From IMG/VR virus record IMGVR_UViG_3300027759_000045, positions 1 through 64,000 of that record: a stretch of DNA of 64,000 nt. One strand, 5' to 3'. A model generated the notes under the pieces. That model was not told the origin of the DNA. It saw nothing but the letters and a program-made list of their open reading frames with translations, and searched no databases. How positions within the stretch are numbered: position 1 is the first letter of the stretch; each line of letters begins with the position of its first letter. Both the position numbers and the translations under genes were made by a program. Shown piece after piece: positions 1-8,867 of this stretch.

Positions 1-1934
1 CCGGCTGCCACATGTATATCCGCGGCCCCGGTCAAGTAAATATTTACATATGCGGCAGCATCAGCAGGGTCTGGTTGTAGGTTCAAGTTACCTGTGCCAA
101 TGATATTGACGTCATTGAATGTGACATTGCCTGTTGAGATGCCAGTTAGTTGTGATCCATCACCGATAAAATAATCAGCAGTGACGTTGCCGTTGACCAC
201 AGCATCGCCATCTATCTCTGCACTATCTTGTATTTTAACAACAGTGCTGTCGTCACTGCGGATCACGTTGACTGAGAGCGTACCAATTATATTGGTATCA
301 TGCAGGTCAGTGCTGCCGTCGACACTGAGGTATCCGCCTGTGCTGAATCCTGTGCCGGTCTGTATCACACCACTGGCCACAACTTGGGCGCTGGTCAGCA
401 CGTTGCCTGCTGTGACATTGCCTGGAGCGGATAAATCACCATCTGTGCCAAACGTCCATTGATTGCTGTTGGTTCTATCGCTGATGCTGTAATTGTTGCT
501 GCCATTGCCCAAGATACCAAAGTCCCATTGTTGGGTCGCCGTCGCTTGATCCTGAACAGAAAGGTAAGCACTACGGGGTGTGTTGTAGTTGTCATCATAG
601 CCAACCACTGTTATACCTGGACCAGCCACAATGTCAAAGTCTGTGCTCTCAACACGCGGCGCACTAACTGTCACATAAGGTGTGTAGTCAACTCTTGGTT
701 GGTACGCCGTGGTGCCGTTGACGTTCAATAAACCATCACTGTCAAACTGTAAAGTGCTATAGGTATCGCCCGGTGTGCCGCCTTGATTGCTGAATCTTCC
801 TAGCCAGTTTACCTGGACTGCTCCGTTATTCCCAACAGGTATATTAAGAAGTTGGCTGCCATCGCCAATGAAATAATCCGCAGTGACGTTGCCGCGAGTT
901 TCCATGTCTCCAACCACATTAAGTCCGTCTTGAATGGTCACAAACGAACTGTCATCACTACTGATGTCATTGGTAATGATAGTGGATGCAGTGACAGTGC
1001 CATCTGTGCTGATCACCAAAGGAATGGTACTTGCTGTTCTGTTCCGGACACTAAAGGCGTTGCTGCCATTGCCCAAGATACCAAAGTCCCATTGTTGGGT
1101 TGCTGTGGCCTGATCCTGCACTGACAAATAAGCACTGCGTGGCGTATTATAAAAAACATCGTCTGCGTATCCAGTTATCTGTATAGCAGGGCCGGCTACA
1201 ATGCCAAAGTCTGTGCTTTCTACTCTAGGAGCAAGCACCTGCAAGTAAGGTGAGTAATCAACACGCTGTTGATATGCTGTGGTGCCATCCAGTGTGGGCA
1301 TGCCGTTGCTGTCAAACTGTAGTGTACTGTAGGTGTCGCCCGGAGTACCACCTTGGTTACTGAACTTACCTAGCCAGGCAACCTGTACTGCTCCGTTGTT
1401 TCCGACAGGTATGTTAAGCAGTTGGCTGCCATCACCGAGTACATAGTCCGCAGTGACATTGCCATTGGCCAAGATATCGCCGTCTACTTCTACACCATCT
1501 TGTATGTTAACAACAGTGCTGTCATCACTGCGGATTGTGTTCACTGTGAGTTCTGGGGTAATTACTGCATTGGCAAAAAGGTTACCGGACACAGTTAAAT
1601 CACCAGAATAAATTGTACCATTGGTTATGTCTACATATTTTGCGTAAATAGTACCCCAACGAGCAGTGCTACTGCCCAGGTTACGCACATTGGCTTGGTT
1701 GGGCACAATGCTAACATTGCTCTGTACTACACCTGTGCCGTTGGGTGCCAGCACCAAGTTTCCATTGGTGTTTATTGTTAAGATCGTGTTGTTGGCAATC
1801 CTAACATTGGAACCTACCGGTCCAGCAGTGTAGATTTCTGTAAAATTGCTGTTGGTTTCGGTAAACGCAGTGCGTAGCGGGTCACCGGTGCCATCGTTGG
1901 CCACTGCGCCTGTGTTGATAATCTGTTGAGCCAT
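1..1934 (-). CDS. Tail fibre/baseplate-attached protein with T4 gp9/gp10-like N-terminus (partial, runs off left edge; absent from ORF track)
   Basis: Reverse strand from CAT at 1932-1934 reads MAQQIINTGAVANDGTGDPLRTAFTETNSNFTEIY; same N-terminal motif as the 19893 protein; G/N/T/V-rich repeats; upstream TAAATA. Confidence 0.8.
   Translation of the reverse strand, partial: MAQQIINTGAVANDGTGDPLRTAFTETNSNFTEIYTAGPVGSNVRIANNTILTINTNGNLVLAPNGTGVVQSNVSIVPNQANVRNLGSSTARWGTIYAKYVDITNGTIYSGDLTVSGNLFANAVITPELTVNTIRSDDSTVVNIQDGVEVDGDILANGNVTADYVLGDGSQLLNIPVGNNGAVQVAWLGKFSNQGGTPGDTYSTLQFDSNGMPTLDGTTAYQQRVDYSPYLQVLAPRVESTDFGIVAGPAIQITGYADDVFYNTPRSAYLSVQDQATATQQWDFGILGNGSNAFSVRNRTASTIPLVISTDGTVTASTIITNDISSDDSSFVTIQDGLNVVGDMETRGNVTADYFIGDGSQLLNIPVGNNGAVQVNWLGRFSNQGGTPGDTYSTLQFDSDGLLNVNGTTAYQPRVDYTPYVTVSAPRVESTDFDIVAGPGITVVGYDDNYNTPRSAYLSVQDQATATQQWDFGILGNGSNNYSISDRTNSNQWTFGTDGDLSAPGNVTAGNVLTSAQVVASGVIQTGTGFSTGGYLSVDGSTDLHDTNIIGTLSVNVIRSDDSTVVKIQDSAEIDGDAVVNGNVTADYFIGDGSQLTGISTGNVTFNDVNIIGTGNLNLQPDPADAAAYVNIYLTGAADIHVAA
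490..1460 (-). repeat. Internal tandem duplication (~565 bp period) in the tail fibre gene
   Basis: gccattgcccaagataccaaagtcccattgttgggt at ~501 and ~1065; gttggctgccatc at 851 and 1421. Confidence 0.85.
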
Positions 1935-1960
1935 TTGGGATCCTTGTTAGCCGTTTTTAT

Positions 1961-1966
1961 TATTTA
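1961..1966 (-). promoter_or_regulatory. Late-promoter-like TAAATA box
   Basis: tattta on + strand, upstream of the minus-strand fibre gene. Confidence 0.55.
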
Positions 1967-2077
1967 TGGCTAAACTGCTATTCGAAACAGCTTGTGCATT
2001 GTGCGTTTTTATAGTACAATAGATACATGCTGTACGGTACAGCTAATGTTTATATTACTTAAGAAAGGTAACATTCT

Positions 2078-2344
2078 ATGCGTTTTAATACTGAAACAAA
2101 GACTTACAAACTGTTTTCTGCTCTTCACTCCGGTGAGACAGTGACTGCCAGCCAAGCTGCCAAGCGTTTTGGCATCAAGAACATTTCTGCAGAAGTGTCA
2201 CGTATCCGTCAAAGCGGTTTTGCAGTGTATGCAAATTCACGCAAGGCAGGTAACGGCGTTACTGTTACGGAATACGCGATTGGAAAACCCAGTCGAAAAT
2301 TGGTTGCCGCTGGTTATCGCGCCATGGCGTTAGGTTTAGTCTAA
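2078..2344 (+). CDS. Small winged-HTH DNA-binding protein
   Basis: VTASQAAKRFGIKNISAEVSRIRQSGFAV HTH pattern; AAGG SD; followed by a terminator. Confidence 0.65.
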   Translation: MRFNTETKTYKLFSALHSGETVTASQAAKRFGIKNISAEVSRIRQSGFAVYANSRKAGNGVTVTEYAIGKPSRKLVAAGYRAMALGLV

Positions 2345-2382
2345 TTTAGACTCGCTGGCTTGTTCAACAAAGCCACACCAAA

Positions 2383-2409
2383 AAAGCCTACCGCCTTGGT
2401 GGGCTTTTT
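2383..2409 (+). terminator. Rho-independent terminator
   Basis: aagcctacc-gcctt-ggtgggctt hairpin plus T-run. Confidence 0.75.
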
Positions 2410-2410
2410 A

Positions 2411-2439
2411 TTGACTTTTTATTCTGCTTGTAGTATAAT
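2411..2439 (+). promoter_or_regulatory. Sigma70-type promoter
   Basis: TTGACT-17nt-TATAAT. Confidence 0.75.
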
Positions 2440-2460
2440 TGCACAGTAAAGGAGTAGCCA

Positions 2461-2913
2461 ATGCTGTTAAAATTGTTAGAAAAACTCGGGCGTAAACGCA
2501 TCGTAATGGATCGTGTAGAGAACGAACCTTATTTGGAACGTTATTACTTGTTCCTTCGAGAGCGTGAACGATTCCCATTCAACATATTTCTACACAAGTT
2601 CCTTAAAAGTGATCCGGATGATGTACACGATCATCCGTGGCCCTATGCTACACTTGTACTAAAAGGCGGCTACTGGGAATGGATTCCGCATTTTGATACT
2701 GTGGGAAGAAAAATTGGTGAGTATCAAGTGTGGCGAGGCCCAGGGCATTTTAGAGTCAGCAAGGCCCGCAGTTTTCATCGCATTGAACTTGATCCTGACA
2801 TAACAGCATGGACCTTGTTCATGCCCGGACCCAAACAACGTGAATGGGGATTTCTGGTTCGGAACCAATGGATACAATGGGAAGAATATCTGAAACAAAG
2901 GAAATCAGTATGA
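2461..2913 (+). CDS. Cupin-fold protein
   Basis: HDHPW...GGYWE and FHRIEL metal-binding cupin motifs; AAGGAG SD. Confidence 0.65.
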   Translation: MLLKLLEKLGRKRIVMDRVENEPYLERYYLFLRERERFPFNIFLHKFLKSDPDDVHDHPWPYATLVLKGGYWEWIPHFDTVGRKIGEYQVWRGPGHFRVSKARSFHRIELDPDITAWTLFMPGPKQREWGFLVRNQWIQWEEYLKQRKSV

Positions 2914-3209
2914 AGTGGTTAAAGCGACTAATTTGGCAGTGGAATCTGGAAGGTAGAGAACTGCTTGAGTACAGCAATTCAAAACCAATTGCCAGCAGAC
3001 TTGCTATACGCAGTGGTGGCGGTGATATTGACTCTGACGAAGGGCTCAACATCACAGTTCGCAAAGCCATTGGCGGTAAGATTGTATCATTCCGCAACTA
3101 CGATAATAAACAGGACCGTGCTAGCTACAAACTGTATGTGGTATCAGACGACGTGGATTTTGACAAAGAACTGGGCAAGATGATCACACTGGAATCAATG
3201 CGAATGTAA
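2910..3209 (+). CDS. Hypothetical phage protein
   Basis: ATGA overlap with the previous stop; start moved from 2844. Confidence 0.6.
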   Translation: MKWLKRLIWQWNLEGRELLEYSNSKPIASRLAIRSGGGDIDSDEGLNITVRKAIGGKIVSFRNYDNKQDRASYKLYVVSDDVDFDKELGKMITLESMRM

Positions 3210-3224
3210 ATACGCATGAGAGAC

Positions 3225-3253
3225 TTGACAACCGGCACAATACACTATATAAT
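3225..3253 (+). promoter_or_regulatory. Consensus sigma70 promoter for the tRNA
   Basis: TTGACA-17nt-TATAAT, 10 nt before the tRNA. Confidence 0.8.
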
Positions 3254-3263
3254 AACACATAAT

Positions 3264-3339
3264 GCGCCTGTAGCTCAGGGGTCAGAGCAGGGGTCTCATA
3301 AACCCTTGGTCGTTGGTTCAAAACCAACCAGGCGCACCA
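3264..3339 (+). tRNA. tRNA with CAT anticodon (Ile2-like or elongator Met)
   Basis: Acceptor GCGCCTG/CAGGCGC, D arm TAGCTCAG..AGAGC, anticodon loop CTCATAA, GGTTCAA T-loop, encoded CCA. Confidence 0.92.
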
Positions 3340-3353
3340 ATTTTAAAAACAGT

Positions 3354-3674
3354 ATGGACGAAATAATTAATTTTCTAATTAACTTTGCAGTAGTGTATTT
3401 TTTGATACGCATTGTGTTTAGGTTAATTGCACGGCGGCTAGAAAAACAAATTGTGCATGTTGAACACGCAGTTCAATCTGAATATGTGATTTTAGATCTA
3501 GAACACACTGACAATCAGTACTTTTGTTACGATACCCAAACTAAAGATTTTGTGTGTCAGGGTCGAGACATGGTAGAAGTTGCACGGAATTTCCGTCAAC
3601 GCTATCCGGCTCGTCGTGGAATGATTTACAATGCTGACACAAATGCCATGACTGCATTGGCGGAAGCGGTATGA
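3354..3674 (+). CDS. Hypothetical membrane-anchored protein
   Basis: Starts MDEIINFL after the tRNA; N-terminal TM segment. Confidence 0.6.
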   Translation: MDEIINFLINFAVVYFLIRIVFRLIARRLEKQIVHVEHAVQSEYVILDLEHTDNQYFCYDTQTKDFVCQGRDMVEVARNFRQRYPARRGMIYNADTNAMTALAEAV

Positions 3675-3865
3675 ACAGTGTGCTTAAATGGATTCGGTAC
3701 AGTGGAGCCAGTGTTATCATTACACTAAATCCACTGCATTGGTGTTGGATGCCTGTGGCAAAACACGAACAGAACATAGAATGGCCCAGTCCTAATGAAC
3801 ACACCTACCGGGTGGCCTGGTTATGGTTAACTGTGAGAATTTGGATAGACAACGGAGATTGGTAA
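3671..3865 (+). CDS. Hypothetical protein (Trp-rich)
   Basis: Translationally coupled ORF. Confidence 0.55.
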   Translation: MNSVLKWIRYSGASVIITLNPLHWCWMPVAKHEQNIEWPSPNEHTYRVAWLWLTVRIWIDNGDW

Positions 3866-4062
3866 TGGCAGCACAGATGCAATTGTCACGACGTCAATTG
3901 GAGCAAGTTCTCACAATGTTGGCACTGAACACCAGAATCAACACTGTTCGATTTGTCGAACAATCAAAATCTGGCATTGGACCAGACGTTACTGCGTATT
4001 TTTATGATGATAGAAATGTACCGCAACACGAAATGGACATCACAGATGTCAATACTTGGTAA
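3865..4062 (+). CDS. Hypothetical protein
   Basis: TAATG coupling; starts MAAQMQL. Confidence 0.55.
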   Translation: MAAQMQLSRRQLEQVLTMLALNTRINTVRFVEQSKSGIGPDVTAYFYDDRNVPQHEMDITDVNTW

Positions 4063-4071
4063 AGGAACACT

Positions 4072-4803
4072 ATGAAAGTTTATATCGGCGACTATCGACA
4101 CCATTGGTTCAGTCCATACACTTGGTTTGATTACATGTTTTTCTGGACTGACTGGTCAAAGTGTGCTCGAGACAAGAGCCTAGACCACGTCATCGATGAG
4201 ATGGAGGGCAAATACAAGTACGTGGATCGTCCCGACTGGGTAGAAAAATGGACAGACCGCCTTGAGCCTGTTAGCCGAGGTATCATGTGGGTGCTGGATC
4301 GTGTGCATCCTAAAATTGACTATGTGAAGATTGACAAATGGGACACCTGGAGCATGGATCATACCTTGGCTCTGATTGTGTTGCCCATGCTGAAGCAACT
4401 GCAAGCAACCAAACATGGCGCACCCAATGTGGATGACGAAGATGTGCCTGAAGGTGTTGGTCTACGTAGTACCGAAGCAGGCGCCAAAGAAAACGAATGG
4501 GACACAGACGAAAACTGGCACAAGCGGTGGGACTGGGCCCTGAAAGAAATGATCTTTGCGTTTGAGTGCAAAGTGGACGATTCATGGGAAGAAGCTTTCC
4601 GTTCCGGAGTAATGGATGTGATAACTGTTCCTGTGGATAAGGATGGCAACGAAGTGCCCAAAGGTGAACACAAATATTGGCAAATGAAAGACGGTCCTAA
4701 AAATACCTACAAATGCGATTACGAAGGCATGCGAGTGGTAGAAGCTCGTATCCAAAACGGATTCCGCTTGTTTGGCAAGTACTACCAGGCCCTTTGGGAT
4801 TGA
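4072..4803 (+). CDS. Hypothetical phage protein
   Basis: 243 aa ORF, AAGGA SD, C-terminal GFRLFGKYYQALWD. Confidence 0.7.
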   Translation: MKVYIGDYRHHWFSPYTWFDYMFFWTDWSKCARDKSLDHVIDEMEGKYKYVDRPDWVEKWTDRLEPVSRGIMWVLDRVHPKIDYVKIDKWDTWSMDHTLALIVLPMLKQLQATKHGAPNVDDEDVPEGVGLRSTEAGAKENEWDTDENWHKRWDWALKEMIFAFECKVDDSWEEAFRSGVMDVITVPVDKDGNEVPKGEHKYWQMKDGPKNTYKCDYEGMRVVEARIQNGFRLFGKYYQALWD

Positions 4804-4829
4804 CACACAATAACACTTTGTGTTATAAT
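4800..4829 (+). promoter_or_regulatory. Sigma70-type promoter with overlapping palindrome
   Basis: TTGACA-18nt-TATAAT; ataacac-ttt-gtgttat inverted repeat. Confidence 0.65.
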
Positions 4830-4855
4830 TGGTGACCCTAACTACGATAGTGTCG

Positions 4856-5107
4856 ATGTTTGATTCAATGATCCGTGAACTGCTTACACAACAGACTCCC
4901 AAAGCAGTCAGTACACCAGTGGCGCCCGACGCTTATGCTGAATGGAAAAAACTCTACACCTTCGAAGGCTTAAAAAGTCAACGTTACGGTCAGAGTTTTT
5001 GCAATCACTTTGGTATTCAAGATCATAGAATATACTATGAACCGGACTGGTCTCGCTGTGACGAAATAATACAGCGTGACTGGATAATTAAACTACATAC
5101 AGAATGA
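4856..5107 (+). CDS. Hypothetical protein
   Basis: ORF coupled to the next gene; start uncertain. Confidence 0.55.
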   Translation: MFDSMIRELLTQQTPKAVSTPVAPDAYAEWKKLYTFEGLKSQRYGQSFCNHFGIQDHRIYYEPDWSRCDEIIQRDWIIKLHTE

Positions 5108-5463
5108 CAAGATTAACAGGACTAGTACCCAAGGGGTGGGGTTCAGAGTTTATCTGGGCCACCAATGATCAGTACTGCGGCAAGTTCATGAACTTCAATG
5201 CAGGTGCAAAGTTCAGTATGCACTTTCATCAGTTCAAAGAAGAAACCTGGTATGTACAATCAGGACGGTTTATTGTGCGCTGGATTGACACTGCCACTGC
5301 TGAACACCATGAAAAAGAACTGCGTGATGGTGCAGTATGGCACAACGAACCCTGCAAGCCACATCAGTTGGAATGTCTTGAAGCAGGCACAGTAATTGAG
5401 GTCAGCACACCAGACTCAGTGGAAGATAATTACAGAGTGGCCAAGGGCGACAGTCAACGATGA
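5104..5463 (+). CDS. Cupin sugar-isomerase-like protein
   Basis: KGWGSE, SMHFHQFKEETWYV, PHQL, EVST motifs. Confidence 0.75.
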   Translation: MTRLTGLVPKGWGSEFIWATNDQYCGKFMNFNAGAKFSMHFHQFKEETWYVQSGRFIVRWIDTATAEHHEKELRDGAVWHNEPCKPHQLECLEAGTVIEVSTPDSVEDNYRVAKGDSQR

Positions 5464-5942
5464 GAACAGTATACCTAGACATGGATGATGTTGTTGCAGA
5501 CTTCAAAAGTTATGCTGTCAGTGTGCTTCGAAAGACAACCAACGAAGAACGCTGGGCACATGAGGAATGGACTAGACTACGTGACAATCCCAGACTGTAC
5601 CGAGACCTGGACAAGACAGCAGAAGCAGACCGCATTGTTGAAGCCTGCAGAGAAAAGTGCAAGACCAACAACTGGAACTTGATGTTCCTGACCGCAGTGC
5701 CCAAAGGCAATGATGTCAAGTGGGCATTTTATGACAAGGTAAATTGGGTTGCCACACACTATCCCGACATTCCGGTTATGTTTGGACCCTACAGTCATGA
5801 CAAGCATGTGCATTGTCTACCAGGAGATGTGCTGATTGATGACCGTACCAGCAACTGCGAAGAGTGGCGCAAGGCCGGAGGCGTTGCTATTCAGCATCGT
5901 GACAGTGTTGAAAACACACTGAGGGAAATTGCCGACCTATGA
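5460..5942 (+). CDS. HAD-family 5'(3')-deoxyribonucleotidase-like protein
   Basis: YLDMDDVVADF motif I; LIDDR motif IV. Confidence 0.75.
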   Translation: MRTVYLDMDDVVADFKSYAVSVLRKTTNEERWAHEEWTRLRDNPRLYRDLDKTAEADRIVEACREKCKTNNWNLMFLTAVPKGNDVKWAFYDKVNWVATHYPDIPVMFGPYSHDKHVHCLPGDVLIDDRTSNCEEWRKAGGVAIQHRDSVENTLREIADL

Positions 5943-6343
5943 CTCGAGTTGTTGTGAATGGTACATTTGACATCTTGCATGTGGGGCATCTACGATTGCT
6001 CCAGACAGCAAGGGCATACCCTGACTCATACGTGCTGGTACTGTTGGACACAGATCGACGCATTAAACAACTCAAAGGTGCCGATAGGCCTATACACAAC
6101 GAACTGGATCGTTGTACCATGATGTTTGCATTAAAGTCAGTTGACCGTGTAGAAACATTTGACAGCGACGAAGAACTGGCAAGATTAATTCGAGAATTTG
6201 ACCCCGATGTTATGGTCAAAGGCAGTGACTACAGAGACCAGCCAATCATTGGTTCTGAGTACTGCAAAAAAATACATTTTTACGATAGATACCGTGACTA
6301 CTCAACCACCAACACCATTAAGAATATTGCTAGTCGGAGATAA
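5939..6343 (+). CDS. Heptose-1-phosphate nucleotidyltransferase (HldC/RfaE domain II-like)
   Basis: NGTFDILHVGH, KGADRPI, VKGSDY, YSTT motifs. Confidence 0.8.
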   Translation: MTRVVVNGTFDILHVGHLRLLQTARAYPDSYVLVLLDTDRRIKQLKGADRPIHNELDRCTMMFALKSVDRVETFDSDEELARLIREFDPDVMVKGSDYRDQPIIGSEYCKKIHFYDRYRDYSTTNTIKNIASRR

Positions 6344-7037
6344 CTGCCTGGATGTATATCAATTCGGGACTGTGGATCGCATCAGTCCCGAAGCTCCTGT
6401 GCCTGTGTTTGTGGCAGGTCACACAGAACAACGTGCCGGAATGGCCGGCAATGTGAAGAATAACTTAGAATCACTGGGTTGTGACGTGGATTTTCTTTTT
6501 GATGGAATATCAAAAAAGACCCGACTGATTGACAGTCGTAGCAAGCAACAGATTGTACGCATTGATAACGATATGGCTTGTAAGTTCGTCGCTGTTGATT
6601 ACAATGCACTGTATTATGATGCTGTTGTGGTCAGCGACTACAACAAAGGCACAGTCAGCTATGAGATCATTGAGAAACTACGCCGAGAGTTTTCAGGTCC
6701 TATTTTTGTTGACACAAAGAAAACTGACCTGGCTAGACTGGAAGGTTGTATTGTAAAAATCAATCAACTTGAACACAGTCGCATCACCAGTACCTGCACA
6801 GATTTAATTGTGACGCTGGGCGACCAAGGCGCACGATGGAATGGAATTCATTTTACATCTAAACGTGTGGAGGTTGCAGACGTATGCGGTGCTGGCGATA
6901 CTTTTTTGGCCGCATTGGCCTACAAGTATCTGGTTGAAAACAGCATGTCACAGGCAATAAATTTTGCCATCCGAGCCAGTGCGGTAACTGTGCAACACAT
7001 TGGCAACTATGCCCCCACGTCAAAGGAAATAGCATGA
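6294..7037 (+). CDS. PfkB-family heptose-7-phosphate kinase (HldA/RfaE domain I-like)
   Basis: LVGD..LDVY, RISPEAPVPV, SDYNKG, DVCGAGDTF; start probably GTG 6294. Confidence 0.85.
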   Translation: MTTQPPTPLRILLVGDNCLDVYQFGTVDRISPEAPVPVFVAGHTEQRAGMAGNVKNNLESLGCDVDFLFDGISKKTRLIDSRSKQQIVRIDNDMACKFVAVDYNALYYDAVVVSDYNKGTVSYEIIEKLRREFSGPIFVDTKKTDLARLEGCIVKINQLEHSRITSTCTDLIVTLGDQGARWNGIHFTSKRVEVADVCGAGDTFLAALAYKYLVENSMSQAINFAIRASAVTVQHIGNYAPTSKEIA

Positions 7038-7681
7038 ATATATGCGTGATCGGTGGTGGTGGCGCTGTTGGCAAATTTGGAAGAGACTTTTGTGATCGTG
7101 CTCGACAAGACGGGCACAATGTGTATGTGTTAAGCCATCGTCCCAGTGCAGAAAACAACAGTCAGCACACCTGGGCAAACTTTGATGTAGTAACAGATGT
7201 AGTTACTGCGTTTGAACAACTCACAGCAGATCTTGATCACATTGATATTTTTGTATACAACTCCAAGCCACGACAGGAGTTTCCAGGACAACCCGAAGAT
7301 TTTGTGTCAAACAGCCGTGGCAATCCTTGGCTATGGCATAAAACCATTGACGGACATGCAGTACTGCCACACCTGTTGAGCATTGCGGCCTTGAAAAAAA
7401 TGTCCGACCGTAGCAAATTGGTTTTTTTGGTGTCAGGACTGGCAACCAATTTTGATCGAGACTACTACACTCAGTTAGTTGGGTATTCCACTGGCAAAGC
7501 GGCCCAGGCTTTTCTCATGCTGGCTTTTGCCAATCACAATGACCGTGGTGCCATATCCACAGCAGTGTCTCCGCATTTTGACAATCCAGACACTTATGAA
7601 AATATATTTGACAATACCTATCGATATATACTGACTATAGATCACGAACAAAATGGAAAAATTAAAAATTTTCACCTCTAA
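7034..7681 (+). CDS. SDR-like Rossmann oxidoreductase
   Basis: VIGGGG..GKFG glycine-rich loop; YSTGK (YxxxK). Confidence 0.6.
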   Translation: MNICVIGGGGAVGKFGRDFCDRARQDGHNVYVLSHRPSAENNSQHTWANFDVVTDVVTAFEQLTADLDHIDIFVYNSKPRQEFPGQPEDFVSNSRGNPWLWHKTIDGHAVLPHLLSIAALKKMSDRSKLVFLVSGLATNFDRDYYTQLVGYSTGKAAQAFLMLAFANHNDRGAISTAVSPHFDNPDTYENIFDNTYRYILTIDHEQNGKIKNFHL

Positions 7682-7683
7682 TT

Positions 7684-8451
7684 ATGAAAATACTACTCAC
7701 AGGTTATAAAGGCTTTATCGGCAGTCACATGTTTCGAGCATTAGAAACACAGGGGCATGATGTTTCTGTGTACGACTGGGGCGAGATACTGCCTAGCATA
7801 ATGGAACAGGATTGGGTCATCCACATGGGTGCTATCAGTTCAACCACTGAGCGTGATGTAGAAAAGGTCATGCAACAAAATGTTGACTTTACTCTGCAAT
7901 TGTATGAAGCATGCCATACGTTTGGTGTAAACTTCCAGTATTCTAGTTCAGCCAGCGTGTATGGATTGGTCAGTACATTCCGTGAAGATGCTGAACTGGA
8001 TCCACGCACTCCGTATGCTTGGAGCAAGTATTTGACCGAGCGTTATATACAAAGACATCCAATGGGTGCAAGAGCACAGATATTTCGTTACTTCAATGTG
8101 TGCGGACCCGAAGGTGAAGAACACAAAGGCAAGCAGGCCAGCCCGTATGCACAGTTCAAACGGCAAGCAGAACAAACTGGCAAAATCACTGTGTTCGAAG
8201 GCAGTGATAAGTTTTTACGTGACTTTGTGCCTGTGAGTAAAATTGTCGAAACACACTTGAAATTCTTAACAGTAAAAGAAAGCGGTGTATGGAATGTGGG
8301 CACGGGCCAGCCAAGAAGTTTTATGGACGTGGCCAAAGAGTTCAACGTTCCCATCTCAACCATTCCCATGCCGGACATCTTGAAAGACTCATATCAAAAG
8401 TACACCTGTGCTGACATGACCCGATACAACACTACCCTAAGTCGACTATGA
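7684..8451 (+). CDS. hldD: ADP-L-glycero-D-manno-heptose 6-epimerase-like protein
   Basis: TGYKGFIG, GAISSTTE, YSSSASVYG, YAWSK, FRYFNV, EEHKG, YQKYTCAD. Confidence 0.85.
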   Translation: MKILLTGYKGFIGSHMFRALETQGHDVSVYDWGEILPSIMEQDWVIHMGAISSTTERDVEKVMQQNVDFTLQLYEACHTFGVNFQYSSSASVYGLVSTFREDAELDPRTPYAWSKYLTERYIQRHPMGARAQIFRYFNVCGPEGEEHKGKQASPYAQFKRQAEQTGKITVFEGSDKFLRDFVPVSKIVETHLKFLTVKESGVWNVGTGQPRSFMDVAKEFNVPISTIPMPDILKDSYQKYTCADMTRYNTTLSRL

Positions 8452-8867
8452 AATCACTGTACTTCGCCTATGGCGCCAACATGCACCCAACCTCAATGAA
8501 AATGCGTTGCCCGGCGGCAGTTCCGTTGTGCCAATTCAATTTGCTAGATTGGAAATTGGAGTTTTATAACCATGCCACCATTGTGCCTCAAGCCGGTTGC
8601 TATGTACCGGGTGTGCTGTGGGAAATCACTGAAGATTGTGAATACGCATTGGATGCGTACGAAGGTTATCCTGCATACTATACCAAACGTGATTGGTATC
8701 AAGGCGATACAGATTTTTTCTTTTATGAAATGGCTCCTAGTAACAGGTCTGGAGCACCTGGCAGCAGTTATGTTGCCAACATTGCTGACAGTTATAGATA
8801 CTGGAATATATCCAGTAACGTGTTAAAGGCTGTGACATATGAAAACTACGCTGACCAAGCGGTCTAA
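8448..8867 (+). CDS. Gamma-glutamylcyclotransferase (AIG2-like)
   Basis: YFAYGAN, GVLW, LDAYEGYP. Confidence 0.8.
   Translation: MKSLYFAYGANMHPTSMKMRCPAAVPLCQFNLLDWKLEFYNHATIVPQAGCYVPGVLWEITEDCEYALDAYEGYPAYYTKRDWYQGDTDFFFYEMAPSNRSGAPGSSYVANIADSYRYWNISSNVLKAVTYENYADQAV

Noticed and set aside
181-1124. Plus-strand ORFs 181-462, 459-731 and 852-1124
   Set aside because: Antisense shadows of the minus-strand fibre gene, which runs off the window
490-1460. Repeat pair as a diversity-generating retroelement TR/VR
   Set aside because: Both copies are in-frame domains of one gene, the differences do not look adenine-restricted, and no reverse transcriptase is in the window
3216-3353. N-terminal extension of ORF 3216-3674
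   Set aside because: It overlaps the promoter and tRNA; the real start is probably 3354
5460-5942. HAD protein as GmhB heptose bisphosphate phosphatase
   Set aside because: It lacks the DRDG and CxCRKP motifs and fits 5'(3')-deoxyribonucleotidases better; a substitute role is not excluded
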